Shown piece after piece: positions 19,795-29,852 of a stretch of DNA of 64,000 nt. Each line of letters begins with the position of its first letter. Position 1 is the first letter of the stretch. Source of the DNA: an uncultured virus (IMG/VR IMGVR_UViG_3300024518_000036) (taxonomy: Duplodnaviria > Heunggongvirae > Uroviricota > Caudoviricetes); IMG/VR virus record IMGVR_UViG_3300024518_000036. One strand, 5' to 3'. Both the position numbers and the translations under genes were made by a program. Under the pieces are notes generated by a model. That model was not told the origin of the DNA. It saw nothing but the letters and a program-made list of their open reading frames with translations, and ran no database searches.

Positions 19795-21188
19795 CCCTCC
19801 TGAGCAATGAGATTCAAGGCCAGAGCGGCAGTGCCCTTGCCCTGAGTCAGCTGTGCGATGAGACAGGAAAGGACTAGGACAGCCCCGTCCCAATCACCTC
19901 GGAGAATCGTTGCAGCCTTCACAGCCGAGACGAGAGTTGACTCAAAGTCCAGCAAGTGCCCGAAAGCCAACTGGATGGTTTGAGTCTCGTTGTTGTGCAA
20001 GAACTTCACCTCGTTAGAGCCGAAGGTCACGACCTCGAACGTCATGTCCTTGGCTTCGGGCATGGCCGACTGCACCAAGAGCTTGATGGTGTCAAAGTTG
20101 GCCTTCTCAGCCTCAGGGAGGTCCTCGTCAGCCCACAGAACCTGAATGGCCTTCTTCCGATCCTCTTGGATCTGAGACAAAGAGCCGAGCCTTCGCCGAA
20201 GCATCTTGCCCAGGAGATTCGAGCAACGAACGCCCCGAAGTCCCAAGGTCTTCGCAGCCTCGATGTCATCATCGTTATCGACTGCGATAGCGTTCTCGCC
20301 GTACTTCTCGACGAAGATCTCAGCCACTCGGTCTCGCAAAGCGCCGTTGTAGGCCAAGTCGCTGTACTCGTCGTCGAGTTCAAGCACGCCCTGGTCGCTG
20401 AAGAACGTGTTCGCCAGGACGGCAGCGAAGCGCTCCTCGTTGTGCTCCAAGGCGTCGTTTAGCAGCGAACCCAGAGCGTTCTTCAGCGTGTACTCGTCCA
20501 TCATGTGACGATCCCGAGTCAGCTCACCTTGAAGGTCGTAGCCGAACATCAGGTCTTCGCGCTCCATGATGAAGACGCCCTTGTTGTAGATCTTGCCGTT
20601 GTACTCGGGCTGGAGCAGAACGCGCTCTCCGCTGTAGCTGCCGCTGTCACCCGTCCGGCAGATAGTCTCCGCTGGTGCAAAGTTGCCATCCAAGCGAAGG
20701 AAGCGACCCTGAAGCTCCTTGAACTGCTCGGGGCTGACTCCCTTGACGTGTACCTCGAAGCCATCCCGGTCTTTTTTCAGCTTGCGTGTCTTGACGACCA
20801 AGACCGGCTCGTTGTCGTAGGCTGCCACACGCTCAATGGCAGGCTCCCACTTCTCCGCACCGTTGAAGATGACGACTGAAAGGAGCGGATCACGCTCCAT
20901 GCACAAGAGGCCCATCGGCAGCCCCTCGCCAAACTGCCCGATGCACTTCTGGTCTTCTCGGGAGTCCGACGTTCCCATGAGAAGCGAAGTCGACGAGACG
21001 CCGATATTGGCGCTTCGCACCACGACCGTCTGCGTTCGCTTTTTGTATCGAATGGTCATCGCACCGATGCCAAGGTGACGGTGCCGCTCCTCGCCGTCGA
21101 TGGCGTTGGAGACGATCTCTCGCAAGCCCCAGAGGGCGTCGAGTTTGGGTTGGTAGGTGTAGTGGAGGCTGGTGGTGATTAGGGGCAT
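19791..21188 (-). CDS. GHKL (HATPase_c-like) ATP-binding protein
   Basis: LREIVSNAID (ExxxNaxD), LLMGTSDSR and IGQFGEGL motifs. Confidence 0.75.
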   Translation of the reverse strand: MPLITTSLHYTYQPKLDALWGLREIVSNAIDGEERHRHLGIGAMTIRYKKRTQTVVVRSANIGVSSTSLLMGTSDSREDQKCIGQFGEGLPMGLLCMERDPLLSVVIFNGAEKWEPAIERVAAYDNEPVLVVKTRKLKKDRDGFEVHVKGVSPEQFKELQGRFLRLDGNFAPAETICRTGDSGSYSGERVLLQPEYNGKIYNKGVFIMEREDLMFGYDLQGELTRDRHMMDEYTLKNALGSLLNDALEHNEERFAAVLANTFFSDQGVLELDDEYSDLAYNGALRDRVAEIFVEKYGENAIAVDNDDDIEAAKTLGLRGVRCSNLLGKMLRRRLGSLSQIQEDRKKAIQVLWADEDLPEAEKANFDTIKLLVQSAMPEAKDMTFEVVTFGSNEVKFLHNNETQTIQLAFGHLLDFESTLVSAVKAATILRGDWDGAVLVLSCLIAQLTQGKGTAALALNLIAQEG

Positions 21189-21237
21189 CTTTCTCTCAGG
21201 TTGTTGGGGTTGGGGGTGTGTTGAAAGGAGTTGGGTG

Positions 21238-22215
21238 TCAGGGGAACAGGAGGTCGAGGACGGGCTTGACGTGCTCTGCGTCGCTGTCCTTCTTCTTCTT
21301 GCACTCGTCCCAGTTGTCGTGGAGAGGCTGGAAGATGGGCACGATGATGTCGTAGTAGCGCTGTCCTCCCTTGTCCTTGCGCAGGGGAAGGATCAGCTCC
21401 AGCAGCTCCCGAGTCGCCCTCAGAAGCTCTCCCCGGCTCATCTGCATGTAGGAGTGCCGCTTCCGAACCACGATGTCAGTGCTCAAGTGCCCCCGAAGCA
21501 CCTCTGTCGCCATGTCCACGGTGTTGCGGTATGCCTCCTTGGCCCTGGATTTCGGCAAGGTCTTGTAGACGCGGCCCTTCTTCTCACGCAGTTCCCGACG
21601 GCGAGCGTTGCGGCGCCGCCGCTTGATCTCCTCGCTGGCCGCCTTCACTTCGGAGGTGCCGAAGACGAGGTAGGTGTTGTGCCAACCCGCACCACGGAAG
21701 ACGAACACGCCGTCCGTCCACAGGTAGACCGAGCCGTGCTCCGTGCCGTCGAAGAGGTCAGCTCCTTCGGGTGCCGAGAGCCGCTCGCCCTGGACTCGAA
21801 TCTTCACTCCGGGAGCCTGCCGAGCTGCCTCGAAGGGATCGGCGCCCTCTCGAAGCCGGGGCTCGTCGCGCTTCCGAAAGCCGGTGACGCTTCCTGCGTT
21901 GCCGATGGAGTCGTACCAGTCGAGGTGAGACTCCCCTCCCTCTCGGGCATTCAGCTGGATTCGGATCTCCTCCTCCGTAGAGCCATCAACAATGTCACCC
22001 TCCGCTAGGGCGAACTTCACCGGGTCGGTGACGATCTTCCAGTCCTGCCGGTTGTGGTGGTAAGCGTCCGGATCCTTCGGCACGAAGGCGGCCCCGAAGA
22101 TCACTCGGGGCTCCTTCTCGACCGTGTAGCCGCCCCCGAGGGCTTCACCGGTGACCGAGACGGCCTCGCGGCGCGCGCTGTGGATGCGTGAGAAGAAGGC
22201 CTTGGTGCCCTGCAC
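21238..22215 (-). CDS. Hypothetical protein
   Basis: 325-aa ORF with GGAGGTG RBS. Confidence 0.6.
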   Translation of the reverse strand: MQGTKAFFSRIHSARREAVSVTGEALGGGYTVEKEPRVIFGAAFVPKDPDAYHHNRQDWKIVTDPVKFALAEGDIVDGSTEEEIRIQLNAREGGESHLDWYDSIGNAGSVTGFRKRDEPRLREGADPFEAARQAPGVKIRVQGERLSAPEGADLFDGTEHGSVYLWTDGVFVFRGAGWHNTYLVFGTSEVKAASEEIKRRRRNARRRELREKKGRVYKTLPKSRAKEAYRNTVDMATEVLRGHLSTDIVVRKRHSYMQMSRGELLRATRELLELILPLRKDKGGQRYYDIIVPIFQPLHDNWDECKKKKDSDAEHVKPVLDLLFP

Positions 22216-22877
22216 TACTCACCTCCTTGGCTGTCGGTGAGCATGAAGGGGTTGTCCGCGCCTTCGGTCAGCGCAGCCAAGAGGCCGCGACCTTCCTCGG
22301 TGGTCTGAAGCGACTTCACGACCAGGTGAGCCCGGACCTCTCGCTCCTTGGTGCTCAGGCTGTTGAGGGCCTGGACGACCTCGGACAGCTCACGGCCCAG
22401 TGTGGCGACGTGCTCCGTGGCCAACTCCGCCTGCCCTCGAAGGGCCAGGACCTCCTCCGTGGGCTCGACCGTCTTGGAGATGGTGGCCACGTGGTTGCGG
22501 TGACTGCCGTAGCCTCGGCTCTGCTCGGGCACCGCGACTCCGACGACTCGCCTTCCCAAGATGTTGCCGTCCTCGTCGATGCTGTGGCTGTTCTCGACGG
22601 TCATGTTGACGTGGAGCCGCTTCGCCGCTCGGATCAGGGACTTCACGTTCTTGTCCTGAAGCTCGGCGACCAGGGCGCGCTCCGCAGCTCGAACGCTCTT
22701 GACCAGCTCCTCCTTGTGCTTGTTGGCCTCTCGGATCTCGACGGTCAGCGCCTTCTTGCGAGCGAGCTTGCCTTGTTCGTAGTTGGCGATGCCGACGGCA
22801 AGAAGATCGCCCTTGTCGATGTTGAGGTTGAGGTCGGTCTCGCCGATGGTGAGCTGGTACTTGGTGTCTTCGGACAT
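22215..22877 (-). CDS. Coiled-coil hypothetical protein
   Basis: The ATG at 22877 follows GGAGG and an A/C-rich leader. Confidence 0.65.
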   Translation of the reverse strand: MSEDTKYQLTIGETDLNLNIDKGDLLAVGIANYEQGKLARKKALTVEIREANKHKEELVKSVRAAERALVAELQDKNVKSLIRAAKRLHVNMTVENSHSIDEDGNILGRRVVGVAVPEQSRGYGSHRNHVATISKTVEPTEEVLALRGQAELATEHVATLGRELSEVVQALNSLSTKEREVRAHLVVKSLQTTEEGRGLLAALTEGADNPFMLTDSQGGE

Positions 22878-23565
22878 GGGTGTTCCTCCAGGAACGTGGG
22901 GTTGTTGAGTTTGATGAGGGCCCCTTTCAGGGCTCTCTGGGGTCGTAGTTGCTGAGGTAGTCGGTGATGGGAATGTTGAAGCCACCCATCGTGGCGTGGA
23001 GGTCATCGGAGAGGGCAAGGACTGCTTTCTCCGCGTCTTCCGTAGCAACGTCGGCGAGCTTCTTGAGCCCATCACTCCGGCGTCGATGAAGGGGTCCCAC
23101 CCGAACGGCTTCCCCGCCTCGGGGGCCGTCCAGGTGGATGAAAGACCAACTGGCCGAGCGTGTCTCGAACCATGGATCGAGGCGTGGCAGGCGATGTTCA
23201 GGCCCACAGCGTGTCTCGAACCGAAGGCCGAAGTCGTTGCACACATCCCAGATCTTCGGGGCCAGTCGGTCAGCGAGAGCCCCGACGGCCTCGCAAGCCT
23301 CGACGAGCAGCCTGTCCTCCAGGCGGTCGAGGCTTCTCTGAGCGTTCACGGGGTGGCTTCCGTGCTCACCCTGGCCAGCTTCACGAGCGGGTCGCGGCTC
23401 ACTCGAATCTTCTCTTGCAAGGCGGCCAGGTTGGCATCTGCTGTTTCCTTGGGGATCTGGGAGAATTGCAGGAACGCCTCGAACGGGAAGCCCATCGCCT
23501 CCCAGACGCTCGTGCTCATCTCCCCAGCCCCTTTCATGGCCAGGATGGCGTCCCATGCTTCTTGC

Positions 23566-24495
23566 TTATTCATCGCTCGTCTCCTCTTCGTTGCGCTCGT
23601 CAGCTACCTGGGCGATCTGCTCCAGTGAGGACCAGAGCGTCTTCTGTCGCTCCTTCGCGTTCTCGATGCTGGCCTCGACTGCGGCGATCTCCGCGTCGAT
23701 GTCGGCCAGGAGCTTCGTCTTCCGGGGAGTGACCCAAGCACGGACGGCAGCGTCGGCTTCGGACAGCAGCTCACCGAGCTTCGAGTGGCAAGACAGGGGG
23801 ACTTTGGCTTCGACGGCCGAGCACCTTGGCCTGAGCCCGCATATTGTCGCTGCAACGGCTTCCTTGGCGGCCACTCCGTTGACCTCCGCCCTGAACCAGC
23901 CCCGTGGCCGCTGCTCCGAGACCTTCTTCACAACCGAGATCTGCTTCTCCCACGCACCCTGGTTGTGCCCACTGAAGCGGCCACGGGGAAGCGAGAGAAC
24001 GATGGAGAAACGCTGTCCAGCCCTCTCGGGGTCGGCCAGCTTCTCCAAGTCCGCATCCCTGTTCTTGTACGTCTTGATCGTGACTACGGGCTGCCCTCGG
24101 GACATCGCCTTTTCCGAGGAGGTGATGGAAGGAGAACCGTCGGCGGGAGTGAAAGGAGGCGGCTCCTCCTTGTTCCAATACACCTCCCAAGACACAGAGT
24201 CACCGCTCATCACTGCTTCGCCGCGAGTGGGCAAGTTCCACAGGGCCAGCAGGCTGTCCGAGAAGCTGACGACCTTCTCCACGGCCACCTCGACTTCCTT
24301 CTTCACCTTGGCGGCCTTGATTTCCACCTTGGCCGCACGCTCCTCGGCACACAGCCTCGACAAGATGCTGGGAGGCTTCGGTGCCTTCTTCTTGCGCTTC
24401 CTCTTCGCCTTCGCCTTCTTGGGCTGCTCGAAGCCGATGATGTTGCCGTCGTCGTCCAGTGTCACGGTCACGTTGGTCAGTACCTTTCCCATCAC
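23566..24495 (-). CDS. Hypothetical protein (basic N-terminus, ADLEKLA, C-terminal coiled coil)
   Basis: 309-aa coupled ORF. Confidence 0.6.
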   Translation of the reverse strand: MMGKVLTNVTVTLDDDGNIIGFEQPKKAKAKRKRKKKAPKPPSILSRLCAEERAAKVEIKAAKVKKEVEVAVEKVVSFSDSLLALWNLPTRGEAVMSGDSVSWEVYWNKEEPPPFTPADGSPSITSSEKAMSRGQPVVTIKTYKNRDADLEKLADPERAGQRFSIVLSLPRGRFSGHNQGAWEKQISVVKKVSEQRPRGWFRAEVNGVAAKEAVAATICGLRPRCSAVEAKVPLSCHSKLGELLSEADAAVRAWVTPRKTKLLADIDAEIAAVEASIENAKERQKTLWSSLEQIAQVADERNEEETSDE

Positions 24496-25015
24496 AGCTT
24501 CCCCGCTTTTTGCCGGTGCTGCCTGAGGCGAACCAGTCGGTTGTTCTCGTCCTCGATGCGACAGGCCAACATCGCGGCCTCCGCGTGCTTCAGAGCGTCG
24601 TCACCGAACCCGATCTCACGGAGGGCCGACTCGTGGCTGCTCCAGCCCCGAGTCCGCTCGCCCCGAGTCCGCTCGCCCCGTCCTCCCGGTTCCGTCTCGA
24701 CCTCGATGCAGAGCTTGGCCTTCTTGCCCTTGGCCTTCTCCTGGCGCCAAGGGCTGTTGGTGATCTTCAGCTCCTTCACGAAGCCGGGCGCACTCAGCCC
24801 CCACCACGCAGCTTTGCCCGTGCCTGTGAAGGTCGGATGGCAGTCGATCCCGGCCCGATTGGAGAAGAAGAACGTCGTCTCCAGGATGCTTCCGCCGTTG
24901 ATGCAAGACATCGCAGCCCCGACGCAGTGAAGCAGAGGAAGCTGGCTACAGACGTAGTCCCAGGGCGTCTTGGCATCGGCACCGGGGTCGACTGGCTTGG
25001 TCTTGGCTGCGGCCA

Positions 25016-25438
25016 TCACTCACCTCCTTTCACGACGGCTTCGATGCTGTCGAGCAGGGCGTCCATCTCGGTCTCAGCCTTCTCCCAGGCGTCGACGAGG
25101 TCGTCGAGGTGGGCCTCGTAGGCTGCCACGGAAACCGCTTCCGTGTCGCTGAGAACTCCAGACGCCTTGATCGCCTTCTCCAGCTTCTCAACCGCACTGC
25201 TTGGCTCTTCCTTGCCCAGCTCGAACGCCTCGGGAACAGGCAGCTCGAAGCCACACCACGGGCAGTTGTTGATGGGAGTTGAGAACCACTCGGGAGAGAC
25301 GAGGTTCCAGACCCCTTTCTCTTCGTTCAGCTCCAGGAGCACAGGCTGTTGGTGTCCCTGCACGGCGTCGTGACCGTTCGCGTTGAGCTTACGCTCGCCG
25401 CAACACAAGTCGTCTTCTTCAGGTTTGGGGTTGATCAA
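25016..25438 (-). CDS. Small Cys-containing protein
   Basis: CC and INNCPWCG motifs. Confidence 0.55.
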   Translation of the reverse strand: MINPKPEEDDLCCGERKLNANGHDAVQGHQQPVLLELNEEKGVWNLVSPEWFSTPINNCPWCGFELPVPEAFELGKEEPSSAVEKLEKAIKASGVLSDTEAVSVAAYEAHLDDLVDAWEKAETEMDALLDSIEAVVKGGE

Positions 25439-25639
25439 TTTGGGGCTCCTTTCCGGGGTTGAAGTAGAATTGCTTTACAACGTCTTCGGTCCAGCCATGA
25501 GCAGGCCGCTCCGGTAGAGCCAGCTCCTCAAGGAGGTCCAGGATGGGGTTGCTCCCATGAGTCAGCCAAGGACGAGCCTCTTGGACCCACAGCAACGTGT
25601 CGTACATGGCATCTTCGTTGAGCTTACGCTCGCCGCAAC
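25381..25639. repeat. 24-bp exact direct repeat CGTTGAGCTTACGCTCGCCGCAAC (25381-25404 and 25616-25639)
   Basis: Encodes CGERKLN in two adjacent genes. Confidence 0.85.
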
Positions 25640-25819
25640 GGTAGAAATAGTCGCAGTACTTGCAGTAGTCACAGCGAAGATCGTGACAACGGAACGAGTC
25701 AGATCCGCACACCCAACACAGACAGTCCTCTTCCCACCGGCTGCACTCGGAACAACGACTCCACAGCCTTTGCAGTGGCACCAGAGGAGGAGTCTGAACG
25801 AATCTCCGCTTGAGCTTTC

Positions 25820-26305
25820 TCATGCCACTCGCCATGACTCCCCCATCGTCGCAAGCTGCCGAAGCGGGTCGCTTCGCCTGTCTTCCAGCTCCTCCGCCCA
25901 GACCTTCCAGCTACAGTCGTTGTAGTCTTCGTTATCGCTTGCAGCCATGCAATCGTCATCTCCGCAGTAGCTGCAAGGATAATCCTCGTAGTTGTCGCAG
26001 TCTTCGTAGTAGTGGGACCGTCTATCCCTCGGATCGAAACGTCGGTAGTAGTCGTAGTCGTATTCGTGGCAATCGGGGCCGCCCCTGCCGAGACACTGGT
26101 TGCAGTCCTTTTGGTTGCAGTAGCCAAGCTCCTTTCGGGCCTTCTCCTGCTCGTAGAACTCCAGATTGCCCGCCAGCTTCTCTGCGTAGAAAATGAGCGA
26201 CTCCTCGTTCTCGGGGTCGAAGCCGCCAATGCAAGTGCAGTCCTCATCCCATGCGCCACAGTCAGCACATCGAGACCAGACCTTCATGTTGCGGCTACTG
26301 CTCAT
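25820..26305 (-). CDS. Cys/Asp/Tyr-rich small protein
   Basis: WSRCADCGAWDEDCTC resembles WSRCSECSRWEEDCLC in the neighbouring ORF 25419..25835. Confidence 0.55.
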   Translation of the reverse strand: MSSSRNMKVWSRCADCGAWDEDCTCIGGFDPENEESLIFYAEKLAGNLEFYEQEKARKELGYCNQKDCNQCLGRGGPDCHEYDYDYYRRFDPRDRRSHYYEDCDNYEDYPCSYCGDDDCMAASDNEDYNDCSWKVWAEELEDRRSDPLRQLATMGESWRVA

Positions 26306-27120
26306 AGCTCTCCTCTGACCGCCGCTAGGCGAAGCAGGTCGAATGTCCTGGACTCCAGCAAGGTGTAGGAAGCTGGCAGCTCTTCACGAGTGAACCCTAC
26401 CGCTTGGAGCCAGACGACCAAGAAGTCAGCCACCGCACGAACTGCCGCTACAGGTTGAGAGTCTTGCTCGGACAGTGCTACTCCTTCTTGGGAGACGTAC
26501 TCCCTGTGGCGGTCACAGCTTTCCGAGAAGAGCTTCTCATCCTTTGGGAGGACGCCGTACACCGTCTTCTTGCTCCCAGCATCTTCCCAGCCCCCGGTGA
26601 GTATCTCGGCTTCCGTGATCTTCCGGGACGGAGTGAACTCCGTCCCCACCACCGAGATTTTGGGTAGGTAAGGCGTCTCTGTCACCTTTGGATCGGCAGC
26701 TTTCATCCTGTCAACCTTCCCAGCAGCAGACAGAGCCATCGCCAAGCTTATCAAGTCACCATCGGAGTTCATGAAGTTGTCGTACAGCTCGTTCTCTCGC
26801 TCCTCTCCAGGGAGATGAAAGAGGACTCCTTCGAGGAGGCAACCCAAGACCCATCGACCCTCGCAAGCCAAGCAGCTCCACTCCCACGGACCTTCTCCCC
26901 AGTACTTGTCACCAAGGGAGAAGACGTGAGAACAGTCCGCACACTCGCGGTCGACAAGCCCATCTGCTAGGCAAACGATCTGCCCCTGGGCCGTAAGACC
27001 CTCGACGTATGGCTCCATGAGGACCGCCACTTCGTCAAAGGAGAGCTTCGTGTACTTGCGGCTGAGCCTATCTTGGCGAAAGGCAGCCCAGCGATATGCG
27101 ATAGTCTCAAAGTGCATCAT
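26302..27120 (-). CDS. Hypothetical protein with two CxxC motifs, ending in FDLLRLAAVRGEL
   Basis: Start revised to the ATG at 27120. Confidence 0.6.
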   Translation of the reverse strand: MMHFETIAYRWAAFRQDRLSRKYTKLSFDEVAVLMEPYVEGLTAQGQIVCLADGLVDRECADCSHVFSLGDKYWGEGPWEWSCLACEGRWVLGCLLEGVLFHLPGEERENELYDNFMNSDGDLISLAMALSAAGKVDRMKAADPKVTETPYLPKISVVGTEFTPSRKITEAEILTGGWEDAGSKKTVYGVLPKDEKLFSESCDRHREYVSQEGVALSEQDSQPVAAVRAVADFLVVWLQAVGFTREELPASYTLLESRTFDLLRLAAVRGEL

Positions 27121-27249
27121 TACGCCTCTGCAACGATCGTGTGCATGAGCCACAACGGGTTGAGCGAGAGCAGGAGGCACCAGCCACAGTCACAAACTGC
27201 TTCCGGTGCAGGAATGGGGAAGAACACGTTCATTCGAGTTTCCTCTCGT

Positions 27250-27843
27250 TTAGTTGTTGATGCCGAAGATGGTGCACAGGGCGGCAAGCTGAGCGTCCGT
27301 AGTGGCCTGGTCGATCTCCTCTCCGGGTGTCCAGGAGTTGACCAACCTGTACTTGCGCTGAAGCTCGGCCCAGATTCGCTCGATGGGCCACTCGCTCACT
27401 GTGATGTCCATGAGGGCGTCCAACTCAGTCCGAAAAGCCTCACGCCGCTTGTCGTAGTCGTTCGGCGACTCCTCCGGGTCCAGGGCCTTGATCGTCAGGC
27501 CGACCAGGACGTTAATCCCACGATGGCCGCAGCCAAGACCGATCCCGTGCATAATATGTGCCTTAATCACACTCTCGATCGCAAAGACACAAGCCTCCCG
27601 TCGGGCTCCTTCAGGGTCTACCGGCCACGTATCGGGAAGGGCCTCACCCCACATGGGATGGAACATGTGCTCATCATCGACGTAGACAAGGTGACTCATC
27701 TCGTGAATGTCCCGGGTGCTCTTGCCAGCGGAGTAGCGCTGGAAAGGAGGTGCCTTCTGAAGCTCCTCATCGTTGAACGGGACGTGGTCTTCTGACCAAG
27801 GCCCACCTTCGAGCCAGCCTTCGATGTCAGTTGGAATGTCCAT
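27250..27843 (-). CDS. Hypothetical protein
   Basis: The ATG at 27843 follows GGAG. Confidence 0.6.
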   Translation of the reverse strand: MDIPTDIEGWLEGGPWSEDHVPFNDEELQKAPPFQRYSAGKSTRDIHEMSHLVYVDDEHMFHPMWGEALPDTWPVDPEGARREACVFAIESVIKAHIMHGIGLGCGHRGINVLVGLTIKALDPEESPNDYDKRREAFRTELDALMDITVSEWPIERIWAELQRKYRLVNSWTPGEEIDQATTDAQLAALCTIFGINN

Positions 27844-28072
27844 TCTGTCTCCATAAGCACGTTGCGATAAAACGAGAGGGTGAAAAGAAGAGAGGCGGAG
27901 GCCGGTTTCCCGACCCCCGCCAAGGAGCACCCTCAACTCCCAGTTCAGTCTTTCGTCACAGCCCCGTCGGCAGTATGGCGCACCGTCCACCACAGCGTAG
28001 TGGCTCCGATGGCAAACATCACCCACAGGCATTCCCAGCCGTCAATGGTCTGCATGAGCATGATGACCTGGC

Positions 28073-29515
28073 TCATACCTCGTTGCCATCACCGTCGACC
28101 CGGAGCACCTGGCCCCACTTCCCGCCAGTGGGATCGACATCGCCTTCCGCTTCCCACAGGACCCAGAGCACGTCCCGGATGTGAGTCGGCTTGACCGCTG
28201 GAACACCGATGTACCCGTCGGTGTAGGCCACGACGACTCCGGTGTAGCCCTCCTCGTGCAGCTTATTGAAAGCCGGAGTGAAGTCGGACCCGCCACCACC
28301 CTTCACATCCACGTCCTCCGGCTCCCGAACATCCTCCTGATCACTGTGGATCGCCGCGTCGCAGCAGATGACCCGCAGGCTCATGTTGAGATCGTCGCAG
28401 ATGCCGATGGTCTCGGACAAGATCTCCGCCTCTCGGCCGTTCATCGAACCCGACGTGTCCCACAGGACCACGAGGTCGTCAACGCCGTGTCTCTGGAGTG
28501 CCGGAAGGAACTCACCGATGGACTCGGAACGACGGCTCGGACGCCGGTAGGTGAAGTCAGCACGGCGGCCGTTCGCACCGACCCAGCGAGACAACACGTC
28601 GATCCAGCTGATCTTCGGGTCCGTGATCTCGTCGATGAGCTTTTGGAGGGCTCCCGGCAGCGTGCCCCGTCCCTTCTGCTTCTCATGAACCTGTGCAGCT
28701 TCGCACAGGGCCACCTTCCAGTACTGGTCCAGTGACCTGTTCTGAGCCTCCCCACGGCTCTGTCCACTCGTCTGTGGCCCGAGGCCGTCTCCTTCGAGGC
28801 CGCCTCCTTCCCCGTCTCCGTCCTCACCCTCTCCGTCCCCACCACTCTGCTTGCCGTCTCCACCGAGGTCGTCCCTCATGTCGTCGGTGCCCCAGTGGTC
28901 GTCCTTGTTCTTCCCGGGCAGGCGAATCGTTCCTTCTCCGTCTCCACCACCCTTGCACGCTTGCTTAAGGATGATGTCGTAGATCTCCTCAGCGGCGTGT
29001 TCATCGTACCTGTGGTCCAGACAACCACCCGAAGGAAGGCTCACTTCTGAAACGTCCTTGCACATCGTGTCGATGATGCCGTTGATTGCGTAATCGTGAG
29101 CGATGTTCCAGAGCAAAACACGGTCGCCCCACTGGGACTCGACAACGGCGACACGAGTTCCCTGCCGTTCCCAGCAGAGGTACGCCGGGTGCATGACCTC
29201 GTGGCAGAGAACCGCTGCAAACTCGGCGTCGGTGAGCTTGTCGCAGAAGTCCAGGTTGAGGAACAACCTACGATCCCGGCTGACGGCCATCGTCGGAATG
29301 CCCATCGAGGCTGTGGCGATGTGCGGGTCCAGCTTGAGCAGCAGGTGCCCGAAGAAAGGAACCCAGACAGTCAAGGCCGTTCGGACTCGGCTGAGCCGGT
29401 CCTTCAAGGCTTCGACTCGCTGGGGATCGAGAGCAGCAAGCTCCAAGTCCGACTTGTCCGACGGCTTCCCGGACTGGGGGCCGAAGGAGTGCATCGCTGG
29501 GGGTGTGTTCATCAT
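28073..29515 (-). CDS. DUF2201-type protein: N-terminal HExxH metallopeptidase-like domain plus C-terminal VWA domain
   Basis: VLCHEVMH; WNIAHDYAIN; MIDAS motif DTSGSM; GGGGSDF; YTDGY. Confidence 0.85.
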   Translation of the reverse strand: MMNTPPAMHSFGPQSGKPSDKSDLELAALDPQRVEALKDRLSRVRTALTVWVPFFGHLLLKLDPHIATASMGIPTMAVSRDRRLFLNLDFCDKLTDAEFAAVLCHEVMHPAYLCWERQGTRVAVVESQWGDRVLLWNIAHDYAINGIIDTMCKDVSEVSLPSGGCLDHRYDEHAAEEIYDIILKQACKGGGDGEGTIRLPGKNKDDHWGTDDMRDDLGGDGKQSGGDGEGEDGDGEGGGLEGDGLGPQTSGQSRGEAQNRSLDQYWKVALCEAAQVHEKQKGRGTLPGALQKLIDEITDPKISWIDVLSRWVGANGRRADFTYRRPSRRSESIGEFLPALQRHGVDDLVVLWDTSGSMNGREAEILSETIGICDDLNMSLRVICCDAAIHSDQEDVREPEDVDVKGGGGSDFTPAFNKLHEEGYTGVVVAYTDGYIGVPAVKPTHIRDVLWVLWEAEGDVDPTGGKWGQVLRVDGDGNEV

Positions 29516-29559
29516 CGTTTACTGTCCTCGTGTTGAGTGTACTGTGCTGTAAGAGGGTA

Positions 29560-29619
29560 TCCCGGACGACCCCAGAGGGGCCGTTTCGGCCGGTGCCCAA
29601 CCGGCTCTCATCAGCGGGA
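29560..29619 (-). ncRNA. Type I hammerhead ribozyme, GUC cleavage site
   Basis: Minus strand reads TCCCG-CTGATGA-GAGCCGGT[TGGGC]ACCGGCC-GAA-ACGGCCCC[TCT]GGGGTCGT-C-CGGGA. All core nucleotides and three stems are present, and the site is intergenic. Confidence 0.85.
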
Positions 29620-29623
29620 GCTG

Positions 29624-29851
29624 TCAGAACGGCTCGCTGAGCCCCGGACACTTCAGGACGAGATCGCCCTTCGCTGGGACTGGGTTCGTCTCCTGCTGCT
29701 CGTTGAAGAGGTCCTCAAGCAGGTCCTCATGCTGGCCGTCTGGGTCGGGACCATCGGCAGAGAGAAGCGTGTACTGCTGAGCCGTGAGAGGAACGATGAT
29801 GTCCCACTCGTGACCGTGGTGGGGGTACTCGAAGTGTAGGTAGTGATTCAT
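29624..29851 (-). CDS. Small acidic hypothetical protein (75 aa)
   Basis: The ATG at 29851 lies directly after the AAA ATPase stop. Confidence 0.55.
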   Translation of the reverse strand: MNHYLHFEYPHHGHEWDIIVPLTAQQYTLLSADGPDPDGQHEDLLEDLFNEQQETNPVPAKGDLVLKCPGLSEPF

Positions 29852-29852
29852 C

